This document shows, in pieces, positions 50,487 through 59,800 of a stretch of DNA of 64,000 nt; position 1 is the stretch's first letter; every line of letters begins with the position of its first letter. The stretch covers positions 160,001 to 224,000 of the forward strand of contig CAVYTU010000011.1 in NCBI GenBank assembly GCA_963771465.1, given 5' to 3'. The notes beneath the pieces are model-generated. The model was not told where the DNA came from and did no database searches. It was given only the letters and a program-made list of their open reading frames with translations. Both the position numbers and the translations under genes were made by a program. The DNA is from an uncultured delta proteobacterium (lineage in GTDB: Bacteria; Desulfobacterota; Binatia; UBA9968).

Positions 50487-51218
50487 TCAGCGATTTCCTA
50501 TGGGCTCCAACCCACTATTGGCGATAGCGCGGGCCGCTTCCGGCGAGGCGAGGAATCTGATCAGCGCGTGAGCCGCGTTGGCATCTCTGGTACTTACGGC
50601 GACGCCGGCCGAGAACACGGAGACTTTCTGTACTTCAGGCGGTAGCGGGGTCACATGATCTATGCCCGCCACGGGCAGTAGCTCGCTCAATTGCTGGAAG
50701 CCGATTTCCGCCTCTCCGCGCGCGACTACGGCGCCAACTCGTTCGCCGCCGCCGATCAGCCGGCTTTTACTCATCACCTGGTCGGCTATTCCCAAGCGCT
50801 GATAAAGTTCCGTGGTGAGATAGTCGCCGCTTACGCTGGCGGAGTACGCGATGGATTGCGCTTGTAAAAGCGTGCGTTTCAGCGCGTCGACCGTGCTCAA
50901 GTCCGGCTTCGGAGCTCCTGCCCGCACCGCCATTCCGATGGCTGAGCGGGCGAGCGGAGTATAGCTTTCGGCGATGATCAGGCCGTCCTTGATGAATCCA
51001 ACAAGCACGCCGTCCGCGACAATGACAACGTCTACTACTTCACCGCGCCGCAGCCGGTTCGGTATGGAAGTTTTGCCCGTGCCGATGGAGGTGGCCGCAG
51101 TCACGAGTTTTTTATTCGTCAGTAGTTCGAGCCGGGGAATAAGTTCAAGATAAGCCGCGGTAAACGCGCCGGAGGTCATGACCCGGATGTCATCTATCAT
51201 CGTATCCATGTTCGTCAC
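50487..51218 (-). CDS. ModA-like substrate-binding-domain protein
   Basis: VMTSGAF..A, IGMAVRAGAPKPD.S, AYSASVSG.Y, GEAEIGFQQLSEL; no clear signal peptide. Confidence 0.8.
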   Translation of the reverse strand: MTNMDTMIDDIRVMTSGAFTAAYLELIPRLELLTNKKLVTAATSIGTGKTSIPNRLRRGEVVDVVIVADGVLVGFIKDGLIIAESYTPLARSAIGMAVRAGAPKPDLSTVDALKRTLLQAQSIAYSASVSGDYLTTELYQRLGIADQVMSKSRLIGGGERVGAVVARGEAEIGFQQLSELLPVAGIDHVTPLPPEVQKVSVFSAGVAVSTRDANAAHALIRFLASPEAARAIANSGLEPIGNR

Positions 51219-51595
51219 TAGCTCCTCAGATGGGGTCTTGACGCGGTTGTCCCGATTATTTGTTTTACAGACTTTTATTATGGATTCCCGCGATCGATCA
51301 AGCGCTGCGGCAGAGATATTAACGGTTGCGCCGTAGCTCTATATCATCGCGACGACATGATCGCGATAGCTCGACGAAGAGGAATAGCGACGGTGAGTTA
51401 TATCTATCGGAAATTGGCTACCGGGAAGGCAGGAAATTGGTTTTTAGAAGTTTGAACCTGAACCGTTCCCAGGATCAATTGGGATTAGCTGTTGCAAGTG
51501 TCGTCCGGTCGAGCACGCGAACTCACTCCTCAGGTCAGTCCTCTCACTTAGCCTAATGTCAAAGTCCTGCGGACACGAAACTTGACTTCGATACC

Positions 51596-51994
51596 TCATG
51601 AGTCCATGGATGCCGGTGATGGCAGCATTTTATGTTTGCTTCCCACCATCCGAGAAAGAAAATTGTAATCGCAGCCTTCACAAAGAAGCGCTGAGAGCGG
51701 TAATTGCTCGGCGCAGTTCGGGCAGTTCTTTTGCGCCGCGATACGTTGGCTTGCAAATAACCGATTGGCAACGAAATTATTCGTAAGAGCGCTTTCCACT
51801 ATAGAAGATTTACAAAAACTATCATATTTCCTTTTTGCTATCCGGGCCATCAGAAAAACAATGATCAATGCGATAGCAGAAAATTGTAGAATATTTAAGT
51901 CTCCGGTCATCACGAGTGTGCTCCCATCCGTCATCACGAGTTTCACTAAGCTTAAAAATTTTTCCATCGTCACTTCGTCGGTGTCACCGACCAC
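51596..51994 (-). CDS. Small membrane protein with C-terminal zinc ribbon (hypothetical)
   Basis: One TM, KNCPNCAEQL......CEGCDYNF; lies in an AT-richer patch; start uncertain. Confidence 0.5.
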   Translation of the reverse strand: MVGDTDEVTMEKFLSLVKLVMTDGSTLVMTGDLNILQFSAIALIIVFLMARIAKRKYDSFCKSSIVESALTNNFVANRLFASQRIAAQKNCPNCAEQLPLSALLCEGCDYNFLSRMVGSKHKMLPSPASMDS

Positions 51995-52295
51995 TTGATG
52001 CAGAGCAACTGGGATGCCTAAAAATGGTTTTCGTGATTTTCGTAAGGATGGTATAAATTTCCTCTGATATTACATAGATATCCTCCACCAAACTGCCCCG
52101 ATTGATTCCTGGGATTGAACAACGGGTTATTTCGCCCGCGCAACTCTGCCGGATTAATGATCGAAGGTCCAATATCTGTCCGATTGCTGCCGGATACCGG
52201 CGCTATTAAGTTTTCAGCGCCAGTTGATTTGCGGCCGCTTGCTTTGCAGACTGAAGGAGCGTGACGAACGTTTATCTTGAATGCGAGGTGATGTG

Positions 52296-52871
52296 ATGAA
52301 GCTTTACTACAATCCTCGGAGTCGGGCAGTAATCGCCAGGTGGATGCTTGACGAGTGCGGTGCGGAATACGAGATCGTTCCCATCGACTTAGCAAAACGC
52401 GAGCACAAGACGTCCGAGTTCCTCAAGATCAATCCTGCGGGAAAGCTGCCCGTCCTTGTCGATGGCGACTCTAGAATTTTTGAAGGCGCGGCGATTTGCC
52501 TCTATCTTGGCGACAAGTTTCCCGAAGCCAACCTCGCTCCCAAATTTGGTGCGCCGGAACGGGGTCGCTATCTGTCGTTAATGGTCTACTCGACGTCTCA
52601 ACTCGAGCCGGCTATGGGCGACACGTTGTTGAAACTACAGTATTTGCCCCAACGCGGCTGGACCGATTTCGAGACCGCCAAGAATGTAGTCGAAGGCGAG
52701 CTCGGTGATGGTCCCTATTTGTTTGGTGATTGGTTCACCGCTGCCGACGTCATGATCGGCTCCATGTTCATCTGGAAGCGAATCTTCGGCGCTCCGCCGG
52801 ACCGGCCCAAGCTCGAAGCTTATGTGAATCGACTCCTGGCGCGCCCCAAGGCGATGAAGTTCGGCAATTGA
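52296..52871 (+). CDS. Glutathione S-transferase-family protein
   Basis: LYY.P.SRA....W.L.E, INP.GKLP.L.D, FE.AAI..YL, YL.GD.FTAADV. Confidence 0.93.
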   Translation: MKLYYNPRSRAVIARWMLDECGAEYEIVPIDLAKREHKTSEFLKINPAGKLPVLVDGDSRIFEGAAICLYLGDKFPEANLAPKFGAPERGRYLSLMVYSTSQLEPAMGDTLLKLQYLPQRGWTDFETAKNVVEGELGDGPYLFGDWFTAADVMIGSMFIWKRIFGAPPDRPKLEAYVNRLLARPKAMKFGN

Positions 52872-53003
52872 GTAGGAGAATGTCATCGGGAATGCGCTAT
52901 TTTGGCCCCATCGTCGACGCCGGATGCAGCACACGATGCCGTCAAGAAATACTTGGCGTGCTCCTCAATTTCGCTGATTGATTTCATACAATATCGTGCG
53001 TGG

Positions 53004-53942
53004 ATGATGACCAAATTCATCGCGGACGAGTTCCTGATGAAAACGGTCTCCGATGGCGGCTTTGCGGGACTTGCGGAGCAAGGGGTGGCGGCGGTAGATT
53101 CTGGCATGGTTAATTACAATGAATACGAAGTCGACGAGCGCGATGTCGAGTATCAGCAGCAGGCAGGCAAGGCGTGGCTCGCTCGCATTTATCAACCCAA
53201 AGGAACCGGGCCGTTTCCGACCATCGTCGACGTCCACGGTGGCGCGTGGCACAACGGCGATCGGATGAACAATGCCGGTATCGATCGAGCGCTGGGGGCC
53301 AAGGGGGTCGTGGTGGCGGCTATCGATTTTCACCAGCCGCCGGAAGCGGGCTATCCCGCTTCTATTTGTGACGTGAACTTGGCGGTTCGCTGGCTCAAGG
53401 CGCACGCCGCCGAGTTCAACGGAACGACGAAGGTAGGTGCGTTCGGCAATTCCAGCGGCGGTCATCAAGTGGTGCTCAACGGGTTGCGACCGCGGCACGC
53501 GAGTTACTCTGTGTTGCCGATGCCCAACAAACCTGAAGTCGATGCCAGCCTCTCCTACGTGATCGCCGGCTGGCCGGTGATATGCCCGCTCTATCGCTTC
53601 CACTTCGCCAAAGAGTTCAACCGCGAAGAACACATCAAGGCGCACATTGAGTACTGGAAGACAGAAGAAGCGATGGCCGAAGGTAGCCCGCAGACGATCG
53701 TCGAGCACGACAAGCAGGTTGAATTGCCGCCAATCTTAATGTTGCTCAAGGCGAACGACCCAAACCATCCGTTGGAAATGCAGGAGCGCTTCATCGCGTC
53801 CTATCGCAAACGTGGCGGCAAGATCGAGGTGCATACGTTCGCCGGCTTGCCGGAACACCGCATGGTGCCGTCGCCGAGCCAGCCGGAAACGATGCGGGTG
53901 ATCGACACCATGACCGCATTCATTGGGCGGCAAACTAGCTAG
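53004..53942 (+). CDS. Alpha/beta hydrolase (HSL/BD-FAE-like); start uncertain
   Basis: HGGAW oxyanion motif, GNSSGG nucleophile. Confidence 0.85.
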   Translation: MMTKFIADEFLMKTVSDGGFAGLAEQGVAAVDSGMVNYNEYEVDERDVEYQQQAGKAWLARIYQPKGTGPFPTIVDVHGGAWHNGDRMNNAGIDRALGAKGVVVAAIDFHQPPEAGYPASICDVNLAVRWLKAHAAEFNGTTKVGAFGNSSGGHQVVLNGLRPRHASYSVLPMPNKPEVDASLSYVIAGWPVICPLYRFHFAKEFNREEHIKAHIEYWKTEEAMAEGSPQTIVEHDKQVELPPILMLLKANDPNHPLEMQERFIASYRKRGGKIEVHTFAGLPEHRMVPSPSQPETMRVIDTMTAFIGRQTS

Positions 53943-54112
53943 CGCTGAATCGTGGTGCTCTCAGATTGAACTTTAGAAATCAGCTGAAGCGCAGTGCCAA
54001 TCGCGGCGCGGTCTCGCCAGAGAAGTAGACTCGGTGAATTTTTTAAGCAGCCCGGGAGAATTACCGCGCTCCGCAATTCCACAAACGTGAAAGTTCGCGG
54101 TCGCCCCGACGA

Positions 54113-54718
54113 TTATTTTAGCGTCGCATAATAAACCGCGAGCTCGTCGAAGTCGGCGGGGTTGAGCGCTTTGAACATGGTTTTCTTGATCGTTTCCTGC
54201 GCGACGTCGTCGAGTTTGCGTTTGTCGCCGCCGAACAGCGCCATTTGCGTCTTGAGATAGAGCGCGGGCTGCCCCTGGAGCTTGGGAACGGCCTGAAACG
54301 CGTCGCCCTCGCCTTGAGCGCCGTGGCAAGCGGTGCATTGGGTAGCCAACGTAGTGCCGCGGCTCAGCGCTTTCGTATCGGCTTTGACCTTTGCCGGCGG
54401 TTGACGGCGTTGCACGGCGAAATAATCGGCGATCTCGTCCAGGCCAAATTGCAAAACATACTTTGCATAGGGTTCCATTTCCGGCGAGGGCCGTTTTCCC
54501 GACGCGTAGTCGTTGATCGCTTTCTTGAAATAGCTCGGCGCCATGCCCGCGAGGATCGGCACGGCGTTGCCTGGGCTGTTGCCGTTAAAACCGTGGCAGG
54601 CGCTGCACACTAGCGCCTTAGGCGCGCCGGGAGTATCGAGCGGGCCGGCGTCGCTATTGGCGGTAGCGCTAATAATCACCAATGAAATAAAGAGTGTCGT
54701 CAAATACGATTTGCCCAT
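54113..54718 (-). CDS. fccA: Diheme c-type cytochrome, flavocytochrome c cytochrome subunit
   Basis: Sec signal, CSACH and CTACH, P.LAG/P.LQGQ; directly downstream of fccB. Confidence 0.8.
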   Translation of the reverse strand: MGKSYLTTLFISLVIISATANSDAGPLDTPGAPKALVCSACHGFNGNSPGNAVPILAGMAPSYFKKAINDYASGKRPSPEMEPYAKYVLQFGLDEIADYFAVQRRQPPAKVKADTKALSRGTTLATQCTACHGAQGEGDAFQAVPKLQGQPALYLKTQMALFGGDKRKLDDVAQETIKKTMFKALNPADFDELAVYYATLK

Positions 54719-54731
54719 GGCCGTCTCCTCA

Positions 54732-55976
54732 TCAAGCCAAGATGTCGTTCCAAATACTGGCACGCCAGGATAGCGAGTTTTCCGCGACCGCGACGCTTTT
54801 GCCAGGCGTGAGTTTTTGTTCGATCTGCACGACCTTGCCATTTTCGATCTTATAAGAGTTGACCACGGCTATGGCTTCCTTGTCACTGACCCAGCTGTAG
54901 CAAGTGTTGCCCGGCGCAATGACCGGCGGTTCCTTGCCGTTGAGCCGACTGACGACCGCCGTGGCGCAAATTTTACCCATCGCGTTGGCGACGTTGCCCG
55001 ACTTGGGCACAGGCAAGCCGATGGTCGCGTCGCCGACGACGTGGATGTTTTTCTGCTTCGCCGACTCGTAGGTCACATGGTCGACTTCGCACCAACGTTT
55101 ATCGCCGCCGACCAGATCGGCGTCTACGGCGATGGCGCCGGCGCGTTGCGGCGGGATGACGTTGACGACGTCGTACTTCACTTTGTCGCCGCTGTCGGTG
55201 GTGACTTCCTTGGCGCCGACGTCGATCTTTTCGATCTTCTGCGCCGGGCGGTAGTCGAGATTCGCGCTGTAGTCTTTAAAGACCGCTTTGAACAAAGCGG
55301 TCTTGGAAACGATGTCTTTGTTGGCGTCGAGGACGATCAACTTTGATTTCGGTTTCCTGGTCTTCAAATACCAGCCGATCATCGAGGCGCGCTCATAGGG
55401 ACCGGGCGGGCAGCGGTAAGCAACTGGTGGCGCGGTCATGACAACCACGCCGCCGTCGGACATTGACTGGATTTGCTTGGCGAGTTGCACTGTTTGTGGC
55501 CCGGCTTTCCAGGCGTGCAGCACGGTATCTTTCGCCGCCGCCAAGCCTTCGATTTGCTCCCATTGGAAATCGATACCAGGGGAAACGATCAACCGGTCAT
55601 ATTCGAGCGAGTCTTTACCGACGCGCACGCGCTTCTTGTCGGGTTCGATTGCCATGGCGGCTTCGTGGCGAATTCTCACGCCATGTTTTCTCAGGCCGTC
55701 GTAGGTCATGGTCAAGTTCTTGAGCGACTCGACGCCGGCGAGAACCAGATTGCTGAACGGACAGGAAATGAATTCCTTGTTCGGTTCGAGCAAGGTCACT
55801 TCGATGGATGGATCGATCAAGCGCAGATACTTTGCCGCCGTTGCGCCGCCCCAGCCGCCGCCGATGACGATGACTCGGCGTCGCGCCTGGCCGAACAGCG
55901 GTGCTTGCATAGCGCCGAAAGCGGCGACTCCTAGCCCGGAAGTTTTGAGAAATTGTCTTCGACTGAGTTGTTTCAT
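54732..55976 (-). CDS. fccB: Flavocytochrome c sulfide dehydrogenase flavoprotein (FccB/SoxF)
   Basis: Tat SRRQFLK, GGGWGGATAA, SCP.SN, HAWKAG.Q, YRCPPGPYER, PKSG..AN, NTCYS. Confidence 0.93.
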   Translation of the reverse strand: MKQLSRRQFLKTSGLGVAAFGAMQAPLFGQARRRVIVIGGGWGGATAAKYLRLIDPSIEVTLLEPNKEFISCPFSNLVLAGVESLKNLTMTYDGLRKHGVRIRHEAAMAIEPDKKRVRVGKDSLEYDRLIVSPGIDFQWEQIEGLAAAKDTVLHAWKAGPQTVQLAKQIQSMSDGGVVVMTAPPVAYRCPPGPYERASMIGWYLKTRKPKSKLIVLDANKDIVSKTALFKAVFKDYSANLDYRPAQKIEKIDVGAKEVTTDSGDKVKYDVVNVIPPQRAGAIAVDADLVGGDKRWCEVDHVTYESAKQKNIHVVGDATIGLPVPKSGNVANAMGKICATAVVSRLNGKEPPVIAPGNTCYSWVSDKEAIAVVNSYKIENGKVVQIEQKLTPGKSVAVAENSLSWRASIWNDILA

Positions 55977-56123
55977 AGGATCGCTCCCGTCACAGAAACT
56001 TACTGGTAAAACTGGCTTGAATGGATCGGTTCGTAGATACCTGCACTGGCATTCGCTGTCAACTTGAATCTTATTCGTTGTATTGAACCATGGGAGTGGA
56101 TTGTTTAGATTCATGGCAATCTT

Positions 56124-56643
56124 ATGGGAGAGAAACAGAGTTGTTCGTTGGGTAGACGAGATTTTCTGCGCGCCGCCGCGGCTGCCGGTATCGTTGTGAC
56201 GCTCAATGAGTTTGCGCCGAGCGCACACGGCGCAGACGAGCGGCGCTGGAATGCCGTTGCCCGATGAGTTGGTCGACGCCACGCTCAAGCGTCTCTTTGG
56301 CAACCGAACTTTTCAGCGCGCCGAAGATAAGCTCAAGCTGGAGTTGCCGTTGATCGCCGAGGACGGCGGCAACGTGGCGATTACCGTGGATTCGAATCTT
56401 GCAGTTAGCGGTGCGGTAGCGGTGAACAACATCTATATCATTTCCGACAAAAACCGCCGGCCGATGTTGGCGAAGTTCTCGTTCACGCCGGATTCCGGCA
56501 GGGCGTTCGTTTCGACCGCCATCCGTCTAGCGACGACGACAGACGTGCGTGCCATCGCTGAAATGAGCGACGGCACACTTTATTCAGCGAGCAAGCATGT
56601 GCGGGTGACGATTAGCGGCTGTGATTTGCCGGCACAAAGCTAA
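56124..56643 (+). CDS. soxY: Sulfur carrier SoxY, frameshift ~56228 in the signal region
   Basis: Tat leader MGEKQSCSLGRRDFLR; P.IAEDG..V, DKN..P, T.IRL..T.DV.A, VRVTISGC. Confidence 0.85.
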
Positions 56644-56661
56644 AAATGGATTCGTGCAAAA

Positions 56662-56697
56662 CGTTCCAATCCTTCAAGCCGTTCAAAATGTTGAATG
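56662..56697. repeat. 9-nt periodic repeat (same family as 9870-9909)
   Basis: CGTTCCAAT CCTTCAAGC CGTTCAAAA TGTTGAATG. Confidence 0.65.
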
Positions 56698-56714
56698 CCG
56701 ATGAAAGTTGAGTC

Positions 56715-57047
56715 ATGGCCGAAGTAGGGAGAGTGAGCATTCGCTTGCCGTCGTCGATCAAACAAGGCGATGTGATTCGCGTGCGCACGTTGGTGATTCA
56801 TCCGATGGAGATTGTGCAGCGCGACAAAACGAACAAGATCATTCCGAAAAACTATCACTTCATCCATACCATGACGGTGGCGTTCAACGGCAAGGAAGTG
56901 ATGCGTACGGAATTCACCCAGGGGGTCACGCAGAACCCGAGTATTACCTTTCCGCTGAAAGTCGAGCGGCCGGGGAAATTGACCGTGAGCTTCGCCGATA
57001 CGTTGGGGAAGAGTTACGAGGGCGCGGCCGAGGTGAAGTTTTCCTAG
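56715..57047 (+). CDS. soxZ: SoxZ
   Basis: VR.LV.HPME...RD.....IP...HFI, NG, QNP...F, D..G; follows soxY. Confidence 0.88.
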   Translation: MAEVGRVSIRLPSSIKQGDVIRVRTLVIHPMEIVQRDKTNKIIPKNYHFIHTMTVAFNGKEVMRTEFTQGVTQNPSITFPLKVERPGKLTVSFADTLGKSYEGAAEVKFS

Positions 57048-57157
57048 GTCATCTTACAATGGTCGAGAATGGACGGTTGAGGATCGACGATGGTTTTTTT
57101 GCTCGTCGATCTTCTCCACTCGGCTGTCGGTCGCGAAGCGCGCTTCTGCCGTCTGTT

Positions 57158-58369
57158 ATGACTGCCGTTTCACCATCGCTGGAATCCTTTCTCCACGATC
57201 AATACGACAAAGTTTTTGGCCGCCCCTGGCCGGTGTTGCCTTCCGCGTTGGTGATCGCGGCGCTCAATGTTTTTCTCTTTGCCTTCGACCGGCCGTGGAC
57301 GGCTTCGGATGGGCTGCGCCATTGGGGCGATTCCTTATTCAAAATGATCGGCGTTATCGATCAGCCTGACCTTTTGCCACCGCTGCTGTTTTCCGCATCG
57401 GTGCTCAATATTGGTTTGCTGGTCGGTGGTCTCGGCGCTGCTTTGCTCAGCCGTGAATTCGCGATTCGCTCGGCGCCGCCGAAGGAGATCGTCAAAGGCG
57501 CCGTCGGCGGGCTGATGATGGGTTTGGGCGCGATGCTGTCGTTCGGCTGCAATATTGGCGGCTTTTTTAGCGCGCTGTCGGCGCTGTCGGCGAGCGGTTT
57601 GGCGATGATGGTCGGACTTATGGCCGGCAGTTTTGCCGCCACGAGATTTATCATTCGGGAAAGAGTGCGGCAGATTGAAAAGGGGCAGATAGCGTTTATC
57701 TCGCCTTGCGAAGCGCCGCCACGGGCGGCGCCGGGTTCCGCGGCGTTCAATGCTCAGCCGCGCGCCGGCGTGCTTGTGTTCGTGCTCGTGATTGGCTTCG
57801 GTCTTCTCTACCAGCTCTGGGGTTATGGCCGGTTGGCGATGTTTTTGTACTTCGGCGTCGCTTTCGGCATTGTCCTTCAACGCTCGCGCTTCTGCTTCGT
57901 CAATGCCTTTCGCGAACCGTTCTTGAGCGGCCAAAGCGAACACACGCGGGCGGCCGCTCTGGCACTGACGCTGAGCATGATCGGCTTCGCGATTTTAAAA
58001 GCCGGCGATCTCAAAGACGCCGGCGAGTGGATATTCCCCTCGTTTTGGTTCGGCAGTTTTGTCGGTGGCGCGATTTTCGGCGCCGGCATGGTGCTCGCCG
58101 AAGGCTGCGGCGCGGGATCGATTTGGCGCTTCGGCGAAGGCCATGTAAAACTTTGGCTGGCGGTTTTCTTTTTTGCCATCGGCGCGTCAGCCATGCGGCT
58201 CGTCTTGGTACACACCGATGGGTTGCGCCAGTTGGGTGACAGCATATTTTTACCGACTGTGTTTGGCTGGACGGGAGCGCTATGGGGCGTCATTGGGTTG
58301 ATGGTTGTTTGGTATTTCCTCTCGGCGTGGAACGAGCAACGCAAACAGGTTGGCGTTTTGAAGGTCTAA
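57158..58369 (+). CDS. YeeE/YedE-family sulfur transporter (TsuA/SoxT-like)
   Basis: FGCNIG, QRSRFCF..AFR, GM.LA.GC..G conserved Cys motifs; multiple TMs. Confidence 0.9.
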   Translation: MTAVSPSLESFLHDQYDKVFGRPWPVLPSALVIAALNVFLFAFDRPWTASDGLRHWGDSLFKMIGVIDQPDLLPPLLFSASVLNIGLLVGGLGAALLSREFAIRSAPPKEIVKGAVGGLMMGLGAMLSFGCNIGGFFSALSALSASGLAMMVGLMAGSFAATRFIIRERVRQIEKGQIAFISPCEAPPRAAPGSAAFNAQPRAGVLVFVLVIGFGLLYQLWGYGRLAMFLYFGVAFGIVLQRSRFCFVNAFREPFLSGQSEHTRAAALALTLSMIGFAILKAGDLKDAGEWIFPSFWFGSFVGGAIFGAGMVLAEGCGAGSIWRFGEGHVKLWLAVFFFAIGASAMRLVLVHTDGLRQLGDSIFLPTVFGWTGALWGVIGLMVVWYFLSAWNEQRKQVGVLKV

Positions 58370-58387
58370 CTGCTAGACGAATTGACT

Positions 58388-59071
58388 ATGAATCCTCTGT
58401 CGGCAAAAGATATTCAGATCCCGGTAAACGCCAAGGCTGGCGTGGTGTCGGGGTTATTGATCAAGCCGCAGGGCGCTGCGGCGTTGCTTGTGTTAGCCCA
58501 CGGCGCCGGCGCCGGCATGCGCCATCGTTTCATGGAAGACACCGCGGCGAAGCTCACTGACGCGGGCATCGCAACTTTGCGTTATCAGTTTCCCTACATG
58601 GAAAAGCGCACCAAGCGGCCCGATTCCGAGTCGACGCTGACGGATACCGTGCGCGCGGCGCTGGCTACGGCGAAAAAAGTTGCCGGCGACCTGCCGTTGT
58701 TTGCCGGTGGTAAATCCATGGGCGGACGGATGACATCGCTGGCCGCGGCGAAGGAACCGTTGGATTCGGTGCGCGGCTTGATTTACTTCGGCTTTCCGCT
58801 TCACGCCGTGGGCAAGCCTGGCTCTGAACGCGGCGCGCATCTGGCCGAGCTCAAGTTGCCGATGCTTTTTCTCCAAGGCTCGCGCGACGCGCTGGCGGAT
58901 TTGAAACTGCTCAAGCCGTTATGCCAACAGCTCGGAAAAACTGTCGAACTTTTCGTCATCGCCGGCGGCGATCATTCGTTTCATATGCTGAAGAGCGCCA
59001 AGCGATCGGACGACGAAGCGCTTGGCGCAGCGGTCAAGAAGGCCGCGGGCTGGATGGCGAAAAATCTTTGA
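58388..59071 (+). CDS. Alpha/beta hydrolase (KANL3/Tex30-like)
   Basis: LAHGAGAGM.H, F.YM, GGKSMGGR, GFPLH, QG.RD, GDHSF. Confidence 0.9.
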   Translation: MNPLSAKDIQIPVNAKAGVVSGLLIKPQGAAALLVLAHGAGAGMRHRFMEDTAAKLTDAGIATLRYQFPYMEKRTKRPDSESTLTDTVRAALATAKKVAGDLPLFAGGKSMGGRMTSLAAAKEPLDSVRGLIYFGFPLHAVGKPGSERGAHLAELKLPMLFLQGSRDALADLKLLKPLCQQLGKTVELFVIAGGDHSFHMLKSAKRSDDEALGAAVKKAAGWMAKNL

Positions 59072-59162
59072 AGAAAAGATCGGATGGGAATTTGGCGGCC
59101 AGCGCGCAAAGCGCGAGCACACGTACCGGTGCGCCGCTTAGAATTAATCACTCGAGATCACG

Positions 59163-59651
59163 ATGTATCCAACCAATGAGTTAACGGCGCTCGAAGCGCT
59201 CAAAGGCGACGATCCGGAATTGGCGGCGACGGCGGAGGCGATGCTGTGGGCTGCGTGGTGCCGTTCCGGCAACTCTGAAGCGGATCGGCTGTTTCGCGCC
59301 GGTGTCGACGCAATGCAGAATCGCCAGCTGGAAGAAGCGGAAGAATTATTCGGCCGGGTAGTCGGGTTGCTGCCAGCGTTTGCCGAGGGTTGGAACAAAC
59401 GGGCGACGGTGCGTTATATGCGGAAAAATTTCAAAGGTGCCATCGCCGACTGCCAGGAGACTTTAGCGCGCAATGCCAATCACTTCGGCGCGGCGTCAGG
59501 TCAAGGGCTTTGCCATATGGCGGTGAGTCAGTTTCGCGAAGCGGCGATCTGCTTTCGCCGGGCACTGGATATTCATCCGCATCTTGATGCGGTGCGTCAT
59601 AACCTGGCGATGGCGGAAGCCGAAGGCGGCGGCAGCGGCTATCTTAATTAG
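59163..59651 (+). CDS. Tetratricopeptide repeat protein
   Basis: W..W..SG, P.FAEGWNKRATV.Y, N..HFGA.SG.G. Confidence 0.85.
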   Translation: MYPTNELTALEALKGDDPELAATAEAMLWAAWCRSGNSEADRLFRAGVDAMQNRQLEEAEELFGRVVGLLPAFAEGWNKRATVRYMRKNFKGAIADCQETLARNANHFGAASGQGLCHMAVSQFREAAICFRRALDIHPHLDAVRHNLAMAEAEGGGSGYLN

Positions 59652-59659
59652 AGTAACAG

Positions 59660-59727
59660 GTTTCAATCGTTCAAGTCGTTCCCAGCGCTCCGGCCGTTTT
59701 CAATTCGGCAAATTCAAGCGTTCAAGG
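59660..59727. repeat. Degenerate 9-nt GTTCAA-type repeat
   Basis: TTTCAATC GTTCAAGTC GTTCCCAGC ... TTCAAGC GTTCAAGG. Confidence 0.5.
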
Positions 59728-59800
59728 ATTAAGCCTGCTTGACCTCGCCTGATCATGCACTCTATATAAATTGTCGACTTAATTTCTCTGGGAGGTTCGA

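Noticed and set aside
51230-51420. Transposase remnant suggested by GGGGTCTTGAC
   Set aside because: No frame gives a recognisable transposase motif
55977-56303. Long N-terminal extension of FccB in the ORF track
   Set aside because: The Tat signal and RBS place the start at 55976; the extension overlaps the divergent gap and soxY
56708-57157. SoxZ-YeeE fusion or 150-aa YeeE extension
   Set aside because: SoxZ is in a different frame with its own stop at 57047; the extension is an open shadow frame
8031-59727. CRISPR array
   Set aside because: Repeats are short, degenerate and lack unique spacers; no cas genes
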